Shown here in pieces: positions 9,261 to 22,311 of a DNA stretch of 64,000 nucleotides. The DNA is taken from contig NC_043013.1 in NCBI RefSeq assembly GCF_006345805.1, forward strand, positions 58,652,001-58,716,000. The letters run 5' to 3'. Each line of letters starts with the position of its first letter. The stretch's first letter is position 1. Under the pieces are notes generated by a model, which was not told the origin of the DNA, did no database searches, and was given only the letters and a program-made list of their open reading frames with translations. The stretch comes from Octopus sinensis (taxonomy: Eukaryota). A program made the translations under genes and the position numbers.

Positions 9261-12200
9261 AAATACCTGGAAGACCATGGAATTGGCATTGTTTTTGAGA
9301 GCCTGCAATGTGCTGACGGAGATAATTCAAACAACATAATTACAGCTGCGCTGAAGGGCAGTGGATACACAAGGAAGTTAGCACAGATAGAGCGAAAGAA
9401 ACAGGAGTTTACACGCTCCTATGCACTTATAAGATCCCACATTGGCACGCTTGATGTCATCTTTGACAACAAACAAAGTAAAGATGGCAAGGATGGAGGC
9501 ACGGGTGCAGATGAAGGATTTTACCCCCACTTGGTAGACACCCAGGACAACAAAGACGATTCAAGTGAGAAACCTGCCTGGGAAGTAAACCCAAGTGCAA
9601 GTGCCCCTACCAGCATCAAAAGCCAAAACCATGCAGATGAAAGAGCCAAAAAAGAAGTAAAAGGCGGAAAAACTAAAAGAAAAACAAAGGATGAAACAGC
9701 CAAAGAAGGAAAAGCTAAGTCTCAAACAAAACCAAAAGATGAAACAAACCTGACTATCCATATACCAAAAAGGATAGAAAGAGACAGCGCACACGCATGT
9801 GTAAATTCTACATGAAAGGTGTCTGCTGACATGGAGAGGAAGGTGCACACTGCCGTTTTGCACACCAAAGACCCGGTCACATAAACATGAAACAGGGCAG
9901 AAACCAACTTCCAAAAGGAAAAGGAATGGACCACGCACCACCTGCCCCAAAACGGAGGTACGCAGATGTAGTGCGTGTTACAAACCATCAACATGTTATT
10001 GGAAGGACAGCTGCTGAACAAGAATCTTTTTTGTGCATGGCACAAAAGATTGTACAGCAGCTAACCAGGCTCCATCAAACTCAAACTCGCAGATGGGACT
10101 ATCCACAATACACAAGACCACCACAGCAAATAGACCCAACGTGGACACCACTGGCAATAACACACACATCACCTCGATGCTCCTACTGAACATCAGAGGA
10201 CTGCTAACACTCAGTAACAGGACAAAAATCCCTTTCTTGAGAGACCTTGTTGCATGCAATCAAGCCTTATGCATAGCACTTACAGAAACACACCTGAAAC
10301 CGGATATAGCAGATGCAGAAATACACATACAAGAGTATGTTCTATTACGGACCGACAGAAAAGAAAGGAGTCATGGTGGAGTTACTAAGTACATCCGTGA
10401 GGACCTCACACCCAGGTCCATTTGTCAGACTCAAATTCGGTGTGTGACACACTAATTGTACATATAAGGCAACTCGGTGTAGTTATATGTGCTACATATC
10501 GCCCTCCAGACGCTCCAGGTCATGTAGGCAATTTTGAAGATTGCCTTACAAAAATAGAAGAAGTTCTAGTCACATTAGAAGAACACATAAGTGTACTTCT
10601 TATGGGAGACTTCAATCTGCCCAATGTCAGATGGCCCGAGGGCCTTTCTCTCCCAGGAATGACACGATGCAAACGAGGACAGGTGAGGTCCCTCCTGAAC
10701 CTCATCAACACTCTGTACATGGAGCAAATAATACTCCAACCAACCAGGGCAGGTAACATACTGGATCTCTGCTTCACAAATAATATGGATCTCATCCATA
10801 ATGTGAAAGTGACACCGACACTACTCTCGAATCACAACATGGTAGAGCTGACCATGTACGGGCCAAAGGAGAGCATGGAAATGTAGTCTACAAGAAACTC
10901 TCAGAATCTTTCCAGCTTCAACTTCCATAAGGCAAACTGGAAACAAATTGAGAAAGAGATCCTCAAACAAAACTGGCCTGAATGTCTCTCCTCGCCAGAC
11001 ATCGACATGAAACTTCAACAATCCATGTCTGTAATGCAAGCCATATGTTACAAACGTGTCCCAGAGAGAAAAGCCACTGTACACAAGAACAAAATCTCCA
11101 GAGAAAGGAAAATTCTTATGAGACGGCGTACAAAAGTTTCAAATCTCCTAAACAAACAAATTGAAAGCAGTGAAAAGTCCCGCCTGAAAATAAAACTGTT
11201 GGAAATTGAAAAATGTCTGCAACTTGTCTGCAGAGCTTTCTACAAGTTTGCCAAAGAAACAGCTGCGGTGAATTGTAGGATAGAGCCACTCCTTGAAAAA
11301 GATGGTATACTCACAGGAAATCCAATGAGGATAAGTGAAATACTAAATGAGCAATTCAAGAGTATTTTCACTCCACCCCTAGGGCATTTTCAAATCAGCA
11401 ATCCAACTGACTTCTTTACCACTGCAGATATAAAATCAGAGGCAGTGATGATTGATTACATCAATATAAAGGAAGACGGTGTAATAAAGGCTATAGATAA
11501 AATGAACCCAAACTCAGCTACTGGCCCCGATGGATTCCCAGCAATTCTTCTAAAAGTATGTAAGAGAGTCCTAGCAAGACCACTGCAGTTCCTCTTTCAG
11601 AGCTTTCTTGCAACTAGCAAACTTCCAAGAAAACGTAAAGAAGGTAAAATATGCCTTATTCATAAAGGAGATCGCAGTGCGGAGGCCAAGAACTACAGAC
11701 CTATCTGTCTGACCTCACACATCAGTAAGGTCATGAAACGAATAGTCAGAAGGAAACTAATCGCCTTCCTTGAAGAAAATAACTTGCTGTCTGATACCCA
11801 ACATGGTTTCCGACCAGGAAGAAGCTGTTTAACTCAGCTCCTACAACACTATGACTGGGTGCTGAAACGACTGCTCAACCACTCACATGTGGAAGTGATA
11901 TATCTCGACTTTGCAAAGGCCTTTGATAAAGTCGATCATGGAATGATATATCACAAACTGCGTGATCTTGGCATAGTTGGAAAACTAGGAGAATGGCTTC
12001 ATGACTTTCTGAAGGATAGAAGTCAGGTGGTAGTAGCCAATGGGGCCACCTCCAATAATACGCAAATAGTGAGTGGTGTTCCGCAAGGCACTGTTTTGGG
12101 ACCACTACTGTTCATAATGGCCCTCTAAGACATGCCCTCAGCCACGCAGAGAGCCACGATCACAAGCTATGCAGATGATACAAAAGTTTCACAGGTAATA

Positions 12201-12970
12201 CGGAACCCTGAAGACACTATGCACCTGCAATGTAACCTGGACAAAATATACAAGTGGGCTGAAAAAAATAGCATGCAGTTCAATGCTGAAAAGTTTCAAG
12301 CTTTATGCTATCAGCATGCAAAACTAAATGCAATACCCAATGAATACACTGGCGGCTGACCGGATGGATTCTTAGAGCTTTTAGAACAAGAGACCAGGAA
12401 ACCCTGATGGTTCTCTTGGAGGACACCTGTCCTAAGCCACTTTGACTATTGCTCTCAGCTATGGTCACCAACCAGTGTCAAGTTAATCACAGAATTTGAG
12501 GCGAACCAACGAAGCTACACGAAGATAGCCTCTGTGCAGCATAAAACTATTGGGAAAGACTCAAGAGATTAAGACTCTATTCCTTAGAGCGTAGGCGAGA
12601 AAGATATGCCATAATATACATCTGGAAGATCCTAGAAGGACTTGTCCCAAACTTTGGCATCGAGTGTTACACAAATGCCAGAACTGGGCGCCACTGTATA
12701 GTGCCAAGGACTCCAAATTTGCCATCAAGATGTAGGACAAGATACTGTGATAGCCTGGGCTTCGGAGCTCTTCAATATGCTCCCGATGAACCTGAGAGAC
12801 CTGCATAACTTCACGGCAGGAGGTGCAGATGAGGGCAGCTGCATCAAATTCTCTCATGCACCAAATATCAATTGCTAAAAAGCTTTCGTGAAGTAAAATT
12901 ATGTAGCAACACTGAATGGCGGTGCCCCAGCATGCCCACAGCTCGTGAGCTGAAACTAGATAAAATAAAT
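9261..12970 (+). mobile_element. CR1-clade LINE copy 1, disabled (ORF1 with CCCH motif; ORF2 APE + RT)
   Basis: APE motifs ALTETHL, YRPP, MGDFNLP, LDLCFTN. RT motifs YRPICLTS, QHGFRPGRSC, YLDFAKAFDKV, GVPQGTVLGPLLF, YADDTK. Multiple stops, frameshifts and deletions. Tail GGCGGTGCCCCAGCATG...GAGCTGAAACTAGATAAAATAAA. Confidence 0.92.
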
Positions 12971-13001
12971 AATTCTTTATAAAAATATATATATATATAC
13001 G

Positions 13002-13097
<96 letters not shown>

Positions 13098-13285
13098 CGA
13101 GGGAGTGTCAAAAATTATCCGCACTTTCACGATAACATATCTCTATTATTTTCACACTGCCTTCTGCGCATGCGTGCTTATTGTTGGTGCCACTATAGTC
13201 GCGTGATCGAAGTTTGAGTCTGAATGCGCCATATGTTTTTCTGGTTTTACAGTGTGAGCATGGCCGCTCCGTCAGCAATGTATGA
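13098..13285 (+). mobile_element. Tc1/mariner left end (TIR plus transposase start)
   Basis: TA followed by CGAGGGAGTGTCAAAAATTATCCGCAC, which is mariner-TIR-like. ATGGCCGCTCCG (MAAP) at 13260 resembles mariner transposase N-termini. Right end not found. Confidence 0.5.
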
Positions 13286-13299
13286 CCTTCTTTACTAGC

Positions 13300-13735
13300 C
13301 GTTCGCCCAGTTATTTGGGACGAGCAGTGGGCTGGAATGCAGGATGAACTTCTCGGGCTTCCTCGTTGGCCCGCCGCAAATTTCGGTAAAAGAGGCGGAG
13401 TGGTGAGAAGGGCCGATCTCAACTGTGGAGGTAGAAGAAGCCATGTCTGGCTGCGACGGGGGCAAATCGCGCTGTCTGGATGGTCTGCCCTATGAATTCT
13501 TTTACAACATGCTAGACCTATTTGGGAGCCTAGTGTCAAGCATAAACGCCCAATGGCAGGTCTGTGAGCCGAGGGGCTGTAGTGCTGCTAAGGAAGAACC
13601 CAAGCAAGGGAAACGTAATTGATAACGTAATTGAAGATAGGACCATCACTGCTAAATGCAGAGCTGAAAATTTTGGCTAAGGTGCTAGTTAAGAGGTTGA
13701 TGCTTGTCGTCGATGAACTGGTTGGAGAGGCGGTG
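13300..13735 (+). mobile_element. L1/Tx1-clade RT N-terminal fragment
   Basis: EGPISTVEVEEAMSGCDGGKSRCLDGLPYEFFY, then VVLLRKNPSKGNVIDN and LLNAELKILAKVLVKRL across frameshifts. Confidence 0.75.
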
Positions 13736-14675
13736 GAATTTATGTATTCTGGTCTATATCCGCATCTTGACTTCTTACGGCATCAGCTCCTCGTTACATA
13801 AAATTCTTCTATGGGACACTAGCACCTCAATTTATTATGACATTTTCAAACCCTACTTTCATTTGCAAGTGATATAATATCTTTATGAATTCGAGTAGAC
13901 TTTCTACTTCTAAGAAACTAATAAAATGTATAGAATTTGGTTATATATACATTTTCCCAAATACCGTTCCAAGTTAAGGGTTTTACTCAGAGCCGTTATC
14001 GACAGCATCCGTTGTGTTGAACTTCTTCGTGAAGCTTGATTCAAGCAACATTTAGTTTCCATGTCTGTAGAGGCGCGCTCATTGGTTCCATCTAGCAAGT
14101 GCTTATTGGACAGAGAGACTGAGGATTTATTATCTGAAAGCATTGCCATTTTCGTGAGTGGGGCGGGAATTTCTACGGTTCTCTAAAAACCTCACCCGAT
14201 AGATTGCTGCAATAAAGTGTACGCTTTATCAGCTTCACTGTGTGTCGTTCTGCTTCAAATGAATTGCAATGAAATGTGCATTCCAATTTACATATGCATT
14301 GATCTTTCTAGTTGCACAAAATGAAGCGTGCATCGCTTTGGAAGCGCCCACACACACACGCACACACATGCACCATCAAAGTATTAGAATAAATATAAAC
14401 TGTAAACCAAATTCTCTTTGGCCATGAGTGTGCCATAAATTTAAGAATGTGTCAGAGACTCTTGTGCAGTTATTACCTGTGATGCAAGTCCACCTGGGAA
14501 TCTATTTACGGATGTTTCTTTATATTTGTTGTCTGTAGTGTTGTGCATGATTTCAAGATTACAGGCAGAAGATAAGCATCCATTCTCTTTCTGTATCTCT
14601 AACTTACACTCTTGGCTCTCTCCTCTCTCTTACTCTCAGTCTCTCAGTCTCTCTCTCTTACCTCCTTCTCCTTTC

Positions 14676-14724
<49 letters not shown>

Positions 14725-14953
14725 CCTCTCGTTCTCTATGTATCTATCTATATATTTCCCCCTAACTCTTGATAGATGCTGAAATATTTATTCATTAGAT
14801 CTGAGAGTGTTTTCTGATCAAATATTCATGTGTTCCGCAATGCAAATGTTGGCCGCTTTGTTCAACTCTTTCCCCTCTGTATATGCGCGCGTGTGTAAAC
14901 CTACATATATGTGAGTGAAAGTATATATGCTCATACATGTGTGTATATATTCT

Positions 14954-14991
<38 letters not shown>

Positions 14992-15249
14992 CACTCACAA
15001 TCGTTTATTTGTTTCAGTCATTTCACTGCGTCCACGCTGGAGGAGCGCCTTAGGAAAAATATCTATATTACATGTATTTATACGTATATATATGTGTGTG
15101 TGCGTATGTGTGTGTACAAACATATGTAATATATGTGTGCATTTGTGTATATATATATATATGCATATACACACATACATATAACTATGTGTGTGTATAT
15201 ATATATATACCTATCTCTCTCGCTTTCTCCCTCTCCCTCTCTCTCTCTT

Positions 15250-15324
<75 letters not shown>

Positions 15325-15641
15325 ATCTGTATGTGTGTGCGTACATGTTTATGTAAGCATGCATGTGAAGTGTACCTATCTTACATCCTAATAGTTGAGC
15401 TTCTATTTATCTTAAGTAGACTTCCAACTCTTTGTTTATTTTATGTACAGGTACATAACCTATGATTTAAAGACCCTTCATCTGTCAGCTCGTCGATTTC
15501 CCACTTCGATGAAGTATCTATTGATTGAATGGGGGTCATATTTTATTTAAATATGGCTTGATATGAGGAAACAACTTCTCTACGGATAAAAAGAAACGAT
15601 TTTTGGCAGATGCTGGTTCTTCCCTATATGGTATTGGTGTT

Positions 15642-15679
15642 GACTAGTTGTCTTAGACTAGTTGTCTTAGACTAGTTGT
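15642..15679. repeat. 14-bp tandem repeat x2.7 (GACTAGTTGTCTTA)
   Basis: Direct reading. Confidence 0.9.
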
Positions 15680-17488
15680 GATGTGAGACCCCATCAAATG
15701 TCATCTAGCCGTCACCTTCCCGCTATTTTTAAGCGAGAAACTTCCATTTGCTGATGTATTCTTCTTATGGTTTGGTGTTTCTTTCTGTTATGTTGAGCGC
15801 GCAGATTCCGTTGTCACTTTCACCGATTCTTCGATATCCCCCAATCACGGTTAATGATTGATTTTACAATTGTTATCAACCAATAGTCATCATCATGTTC
15901 TACTTCTACATACCGAACATAACAAAAACAACATCACAACTCATCATTAGGGAAGAATATTGCTTGTTTTTTGTTTTTAATTTAATTTTAACCGCAAAAA
16001 GAACAAGACACTTCCCCCTTGAGAGAGAAGGGTCGAGAGAGGGATAGAGATAGACAGAGAGAGGGGGAGGGGAGAGGGGAGAGAAAGGAAAAATAGCCGA
16101 AGGAAGGAATAAACCAACAGAGAAATTGCTATTTCCTAATCTCTTCTTTTTGTGTTGCTTGTTTTAATAGTCTCCCTTTTGCCCGATTTTTTAAAAATTG
16201 AATTCAAGCACAAATAGAAAACCAAAAAATGTTATGTGTACGAAGACACACACGCATACACACACACACACACACAAGCACACACATACGCACGCACACA
16301 CACACACACAAACACGAACACACGAACATACATGCACACACTCGCGCTCAGTAAAAAAAAATGAAGAAAAATATTAAAAATGATGAAGCACAATGGAAGT
16401 AGTTATATAAAGCTGCTGCGGCTGATGATGATGATGATGATATGGGTGGTGGTGAGAGTGAAGTTCGTCGTGGTGGTGATTTTGTAAATGTTGTATGGGA
16501 TTAGAAGCAGGGGATTAGACACACAGACACACACTCAAACGCACCCACGCACGCGTGCCTGTGATTGTATGTGCATGTGTGTATGTGCTAGTAAGTGTAT
16601 GTGCGTGTGCGTGAGAGTGTATTTGTGTGAGTGACTGTATGTGTGTGTGTGTGTACAAACTTACGACAAGCAGACTAATGTGCAGTTACTAGTTGCTCAC
16701 TTGGCTACAAAATATTTCTGGATTTAAGCCCACTGGGTGAAATATTTGCTGGACCGAACACTGGTTAGAGCTTTAATTGTGTACGTCATCCGTCATCCTA
16801 TCAATTCTCATAGCTGACACATAGAGGCCTTTAATAGAATTCAAAGTTTTAGGTCAGATTCCCGGATAACTTTCTCCCCATCATTCTACAAGTCTTGGAA
16901 ACGCTGGATAAGGGTTGAGCGTCCAGTCTTACTTTTATCGTAATTCCGTACTTATAAGAAGAACGACAGAGAGAGAGTGACAGACAGACATCGCAAGCCG
17001 ATCTTCAGAATGCGTTCTAACGAATTTTTCCACGGTCTAGGCTTTCAAGAAAAGCCCTTATTGTTGGTTTCCTTGTCCTCTCTTTTACTGTTTTTATCTT
17101 TATTTGTACTGTCTTTTTTTTCTTCATTTGTATTGCTTTTACGTCCTGTTTTTGTCAACTTTTTTTTTTACCCCTCCACAAAAATTTTTTATTTAATTCA
17201 TTTTGCGAGAAGGACTGCTTCGGCGTGGTCGTGTCCTACACTTACCTTCGAAACACGCATTGAGTCGAAACAGGGGCAGCTGAAGAAGGGGGATGTTCCT
17301 TGTATTGTTTGTCTTGTACTCTGTTTTTTCGTTGTTAAAAAAAGTCCGTTTCCTTGTTTGGTTTTTATATCTTCGTTTCTCGTTGTGTTCTACGTTTATT
17401 TGTGGTGTCCTGTACTCATATATGCATGTATATATACATATAGATGTAGGTATGGACATATATGTATGTATTTTATTTTTTAAATTGT

Positions 17489-17525
<37 letters not shown>

Positions 17526-17797
17526 TACATGTAATTGTGCGTGTGCAATATATATATACATCTAATGTAGGATAAAATTTTTTCGAAAAATAATTTTATC
17601 AATGGCCAGCATATTAAAAAATACCTTTAAATGTTAAATTTAACCTTTATATATTTAACCTTTATATATGTATATATATATATTATTGGTAAAAACGGTA
17701 AGATAACAAAAGAAAGAAAGAAAGAAAGAAACCTCAATATTATGTAAATAGTGGAAATTTATCTGTAAAATAATATGTGACAATTATTGAATAGCCA

Positions 17798-17860
17798 AGA
17801 TAAAACTCTGAGTTTCGGATGCCGAGGTGGAAATCCACAACACCATCTCTTCGGTTATCT
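17798..17860 (-). ncRNA. Type-I hammerhead motif, C4 core variant (CCGAAGA)
   Basis: AGATAA-CCGAAGA-GATG...GTGGA(TT)TCCAC...CATC-C-GAA-ACTCAGAGT-T^TTATCT, with one unpaired C between helix II and GAAA. Perfect 6-bp helix I. Confidence 0.55.
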
Positions 17861-18053
17861 GGCCATCTGAAAAACGCTATGAAAAAAGACCGTTATACAA
17901 AGGGAAATTACTATGAAGCCACCGTGGACTCTGCTATAGAGTCCACGTTTATTTGTGGTGTCCTGTGCTCATATATGCATGTATATATACATGTAGATGT
18001 AGGTATGTACATATATGTATGTATATATGTATGTATTTTATTTTTTAAATTGT

Positions 18054-18109
<56 letters not shown>

Positions 18110-18617
18110 TATATATATAAGTACATGTATGTGTGTGCAATTCAAACCCAATAGTGTATTTACTCTATAAGGAAAATTATTAACTGGAACACGGACATAC
18201 ATATATTCCGCTCTGGATCATAATGTAAGAGTTATTAATAATATTATGAATGATAACAATGATAACATTAATTACATTAATGGTATTGACAACGATAATG
18301 ATACTAACTTTAATGACACTTTAGAAACTATTATGAAGTAATATAATGTACTATTGACTATGTATATTTGCATCTAGGTATTAATTTGTGTATGTTTATT
18401 ATCACAATATTAAGTCGAAAACTGAGACATTGAGTGTGGAACACATATATATGTTTACTCATTTATATTATTTATTTATATCATTATGTAAATGTATATT
18501 TTTATATGTATAGGAGTGTGAGTATATGCACTCATATGTATATATATATATATGTTGTATTGTGGGTACGCACCCACACCCATGTGGGTATATATGTAGA
18601 CTGAGTTATATTACATA

Positions 18618-18744
18618 ATCTCCGAAGAGGCCTTGTGATATTTTTGTTAATGTCTCATTTATATCTATATATTGACCAACCATAAAGGGCTAATATTGGT
18701 AAAATGAGACATAATTATCGACATGGCCGAAACAGCTGTAAGAT
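18618..18744 (+). ncRNA. Type-I hammerhead motif, C4 core variant, about 100-nt helix II
   Basis: ATCT-CCGAAGA-GGCC...ATGTCTCATTT/AAATGAGACAT...GGCC-GAA-ACAGCTGT-A^AGAT. Lies in a pLTR-like unit (about 18400-19170) homologous to 57530-58245. Confidence 0.65.
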
Positions 18745-19157
18745 CTAATTTATACTTATATTTATATTTACTTGTATTTATATTCTCTTTTATATATATT
18801 CTACTTATTATACAACATTACTCTTTTATATACACTTTATGTACATTCCTTTTTGTACACTGATTTGTTCTGCTTTTTATATTTAACCCTACAATATCTT
18901 ATGTGGTGGTTTAATAAAGTATGTGATTGAGTATTATCTAGTAATTGTTATTTGATTTAGATGTATTTCTCCATTTTCTTATCTTGTATTAGTAATTTGT
19001 GGTAAATCATTTTACCTTTGCCCATATAATACAGAAAATGAATTGATTGCATCGCAATCATTAACATTTATGTATTAACTTTGTTGGGTACTTCACTGGC
19101 AGTATATTGGATACACGTTATCCCATAAGGGTTGCATTTACAACCCCTATCTCAATT

Positions 19158-19199
<42 letters not shown>

Positions 19200-19204
19200 T
19201 ATGT

Positions 19205-19930
19205 GTGTGTGTCTTTGTGTTCGTTCCAACATCACCGCTTAACCGGTGCTGGTATGTTTACGTCCCCATAACTTAGCGCTTCGCCAGAAGTGACGGTAGA
19301 ATAAGCACAAAGAACAAGTCCTGGGGTCGATTCATTCGACTAAAACTCTCCAAGGCGGTGCTCCAGCAGCGCCGCAGTCAAATGACTGAAACGTGTAGAA
19401 GAATTTTAAAAAAAAGAATTAGAAGAATATATCTAATCCATACACAAACTTGATGTAAAGAATTATCACATGATATCGTGACCGCCCAGACTATCGAGAC
19501 AGACAGATGTATACATATCTATATCTATAAGTAATAATATATATATGTATACTATATATATATATATTATATATATATATATATATACATATATATGTGT
19601 GTGTGTCTTTGTGTTCGTTCCAACATCACCGCTTAACCGGTGCTGGTATGTTTACGTCCCCATAACTTAGCGCTTCGCCAGAAGTGACGGTAGAATAAGC
19701 ACAAAGAACAAGTCCTGGGGTCGATTCATTCGACTAAAACTCTCCAAGGCGGTGCTCCAGCAGCGCCGCAGTCAAATGACTGAAACGTGTAGAAGAATTT
19801 TAAAAAAAAGAATTAGAAGAATATATCTAATCCATACACAAACTTGATGTAAAGAATTATCACATGATATCGTGACCGCCCAGACTATCGGAGACAGACA
19901 GATGTATACATATCTATATCTATAAGTATA
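19205..19930 (+). repeat. About 394-bp tandem duplication containing the 3' half of SINE family C
   Basis: GTCTTTGTGTTCGTTCC at 19211 and 19605. The unique parts are almost identical. SINE tail GGCGGTGCTCCAGCAGCGCCGCAGTCAAATGACTGAAAC. Confidence 0.9.
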
Positions 19931-19984
19931 TAATATATATATGTATACATATATATATATATATATAATATATATGTATACATA

Positions 19985-21645
19985 TCTCTTATTATAAAAG
20001 GCAGATTTTATCTGCCTCCCTTTGTAACTTATAGAAATCTACAATATAGGATTTCTTCAATTACAATTTACCTAGCATTTTTAAGAGTAGAATGCATCGG
20101 GTCATGCCAGGTCCAGTTTTTAAAATGTAAACTCCAATTAAGCAAAATTTACAGAAAACTCACATTCTGGTGTGTATGTCAAATGCTTTTCTTAATGTGG
20201 TTTACACCACACGCACACGCACACACACAGTGTGCAACGAATAAAATGAAAGTAAATAGCGACAGAGTGATTTGAGGAAGACTAAACTGAAAGTATTTAA
20301 ACCACTACTCATAAAATAAAAAACACAGCAAACAGAAACAAATAAATACATAACGATTTACTCCTCACACAATTTCTTCAATTAGAGTTTACCTAAGATT
20401 TTTCAAAGTACTCCATTCGGTCATGCCATAATATATTTCTTTCAATTTCACCCCCAATTAAGACAAAATTCGAGAAAACTCAATATTTTAACATTTCACT
20501 CCGAAAGCATTGATGTACATGTGTGCGTGCGTGAGTGTGTGTGTGTGTGTGTGTTTGATGGGTTGTGCGACACAGAAAGTGTGGTGTGTAAGTGAAGTGC
20601 TTTTGTTAGTGTGTGTAAAGAGACAGACAGAGTGAAAGACAGAAATAACTGAACTTTTTTTATTCACTTTTTGTAGTGAGTGACTGAGAGAGAAAAGAGA
20701 GAGAGAGGTTATGTATGTATATATGTATGTATGGCTTCAGTGACACACACACACAAAAACACATACCTACGTACACCTAAAGCACGCACACACACACACA
20801 CAAGCGGAGCGCGAACTTCAAAATTTTGGTAGTATTAATTTGCGAGCGTACTTCTAAGCGCGCGTAATTGAAAGTTTTCCCTATGATATCATCACGTGCG
20901 AAAAAATTCGAAGGGTTTTGAACAATTGAGATACAGATGTCACGCCTGTATTGAAACCATTGCTAAGCTGCCGTAATTGCTTAATTAAGACTTTGTTTAA
21001 ATTGAAAGGGGCAAATATGTGACGAGGTTGAAAAAAAATACCCCAGAAAAAAAAATGTACTGCTGGTATTTATATAATTCACTACTATTTTGCTACAATG
21101 TCATGAAAAAGAAAAAATTTAGGTATGTAAATCGAATTCGCCACCCCCTTTTCCCCCTTCGCGTTTGTGTAAAAAAAATTATTATTTAAGTTTTAAAAAT
21201 TATTTACTTTGTTCAAAAAATATTAATATTAATTAATTTTCAAGAATTATTTAATTTTATTCTGTAAAATAGTAACTAATTCATTTATCTGTAAATCCGC
21301 GAGGTTGTTACTCAGGCACCTAGAATGGTAACCTTCAACTAACACTATCTCCTCCGAGACCCTGCGGCGCAAGTTGACCAAAATTGAGAGTATGGTAGAA
21401 GAAGGGTTGCTCTTCCTTTCGTAGAACATAAAATTCAAATCGGACCATGTTAACACCAAAAATTATTTACATCAAAAAGATGCTTTTTTTCTATGAAAAT
21501 CCCTATTTTTTACGATTTTTTCACTGCTTTGTCGCCACTTTTCGGTGTATTTCGACCAGAAAAATGTTCACAAAATTTTTACTTTTCAAAATTACAATTC
21601 CAGCGTGTCGAAACAAACCCGAGCAACGCCGGGCGATACTGCTAG
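19985..21645 (+). mobile_element. Non-autonomous Helitron-like element
   Basis: 5' A|TCTCTTATTATAAAAGG. 3' subterminal hairpin CCCGAGCAACGCCGGG followed by CTAG|T. Diverged internal repeat at about 20050-20165 and 20370-20490. The 3' end is better supported than the 5' end. Confidence 0.6.
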
Positions 21646-21715
21646 TATATATATAATATATATGTATACATACATATATTATATATATATATATATGTAT
21701 AAATATATAATATAT

Positions 21716-22225
21716 CTAGTATATAGGATAGAGACGTATTGCTTTGCTCTGTGATAAAAAAACAAAAAGGTTTGCATAAATCGACGAAATAATCTGCTAA
21801 AACTGATAAAAAAAAACGTAGAACTTGTTATCTCATAGCGGTCTACTAGGATATAAGAGTTAAAAACCTTAATATATTTCGCTTCAATCCAAATATAATA
21901 CTCTAAAGTTAATTACGCACGCCAGATTTGCCGTCGAAAAAAGCACGTGGTGACATCTCTTAGGTTTATTCCCAATCGACTTTAACAAGCAAAAAGAACC
22001 GTTTTTCTTTTCTTTTTGAAAGAAAACCTCTTCGTATAGGGAGACGATTTTGGGACTTCTACCTCTTATAAGATAAGTACCCCTTTTCATTTGTTTAATT
22101 TCCCGTAATTCAATGTAAGGACCTATTTTCTGTTTCAATTTCTGTTTCAGCTCCGTTTCTGTCAATTTCTCAATACATCTCTGTAAAATTATTCAATTTT
22201 AGATAGGCATATATTTATTTGTTGC

Positions 22226-22311
<86 letters not shown>

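Noticed and set aside
13910-14149. 79-aa minus-strand ORF MAMLSDNKSS... with a nearby GC box
   Set aside because: No motif or homology recognised and only a weak donor; cannot be separated from chance.
17240-17305. GAAAC...CTGAAGAAGGGGATGTTCCTT hammerhead-like words
   Set aside because: GAAA does not follow the stem, and the helices do not close in any permutation.
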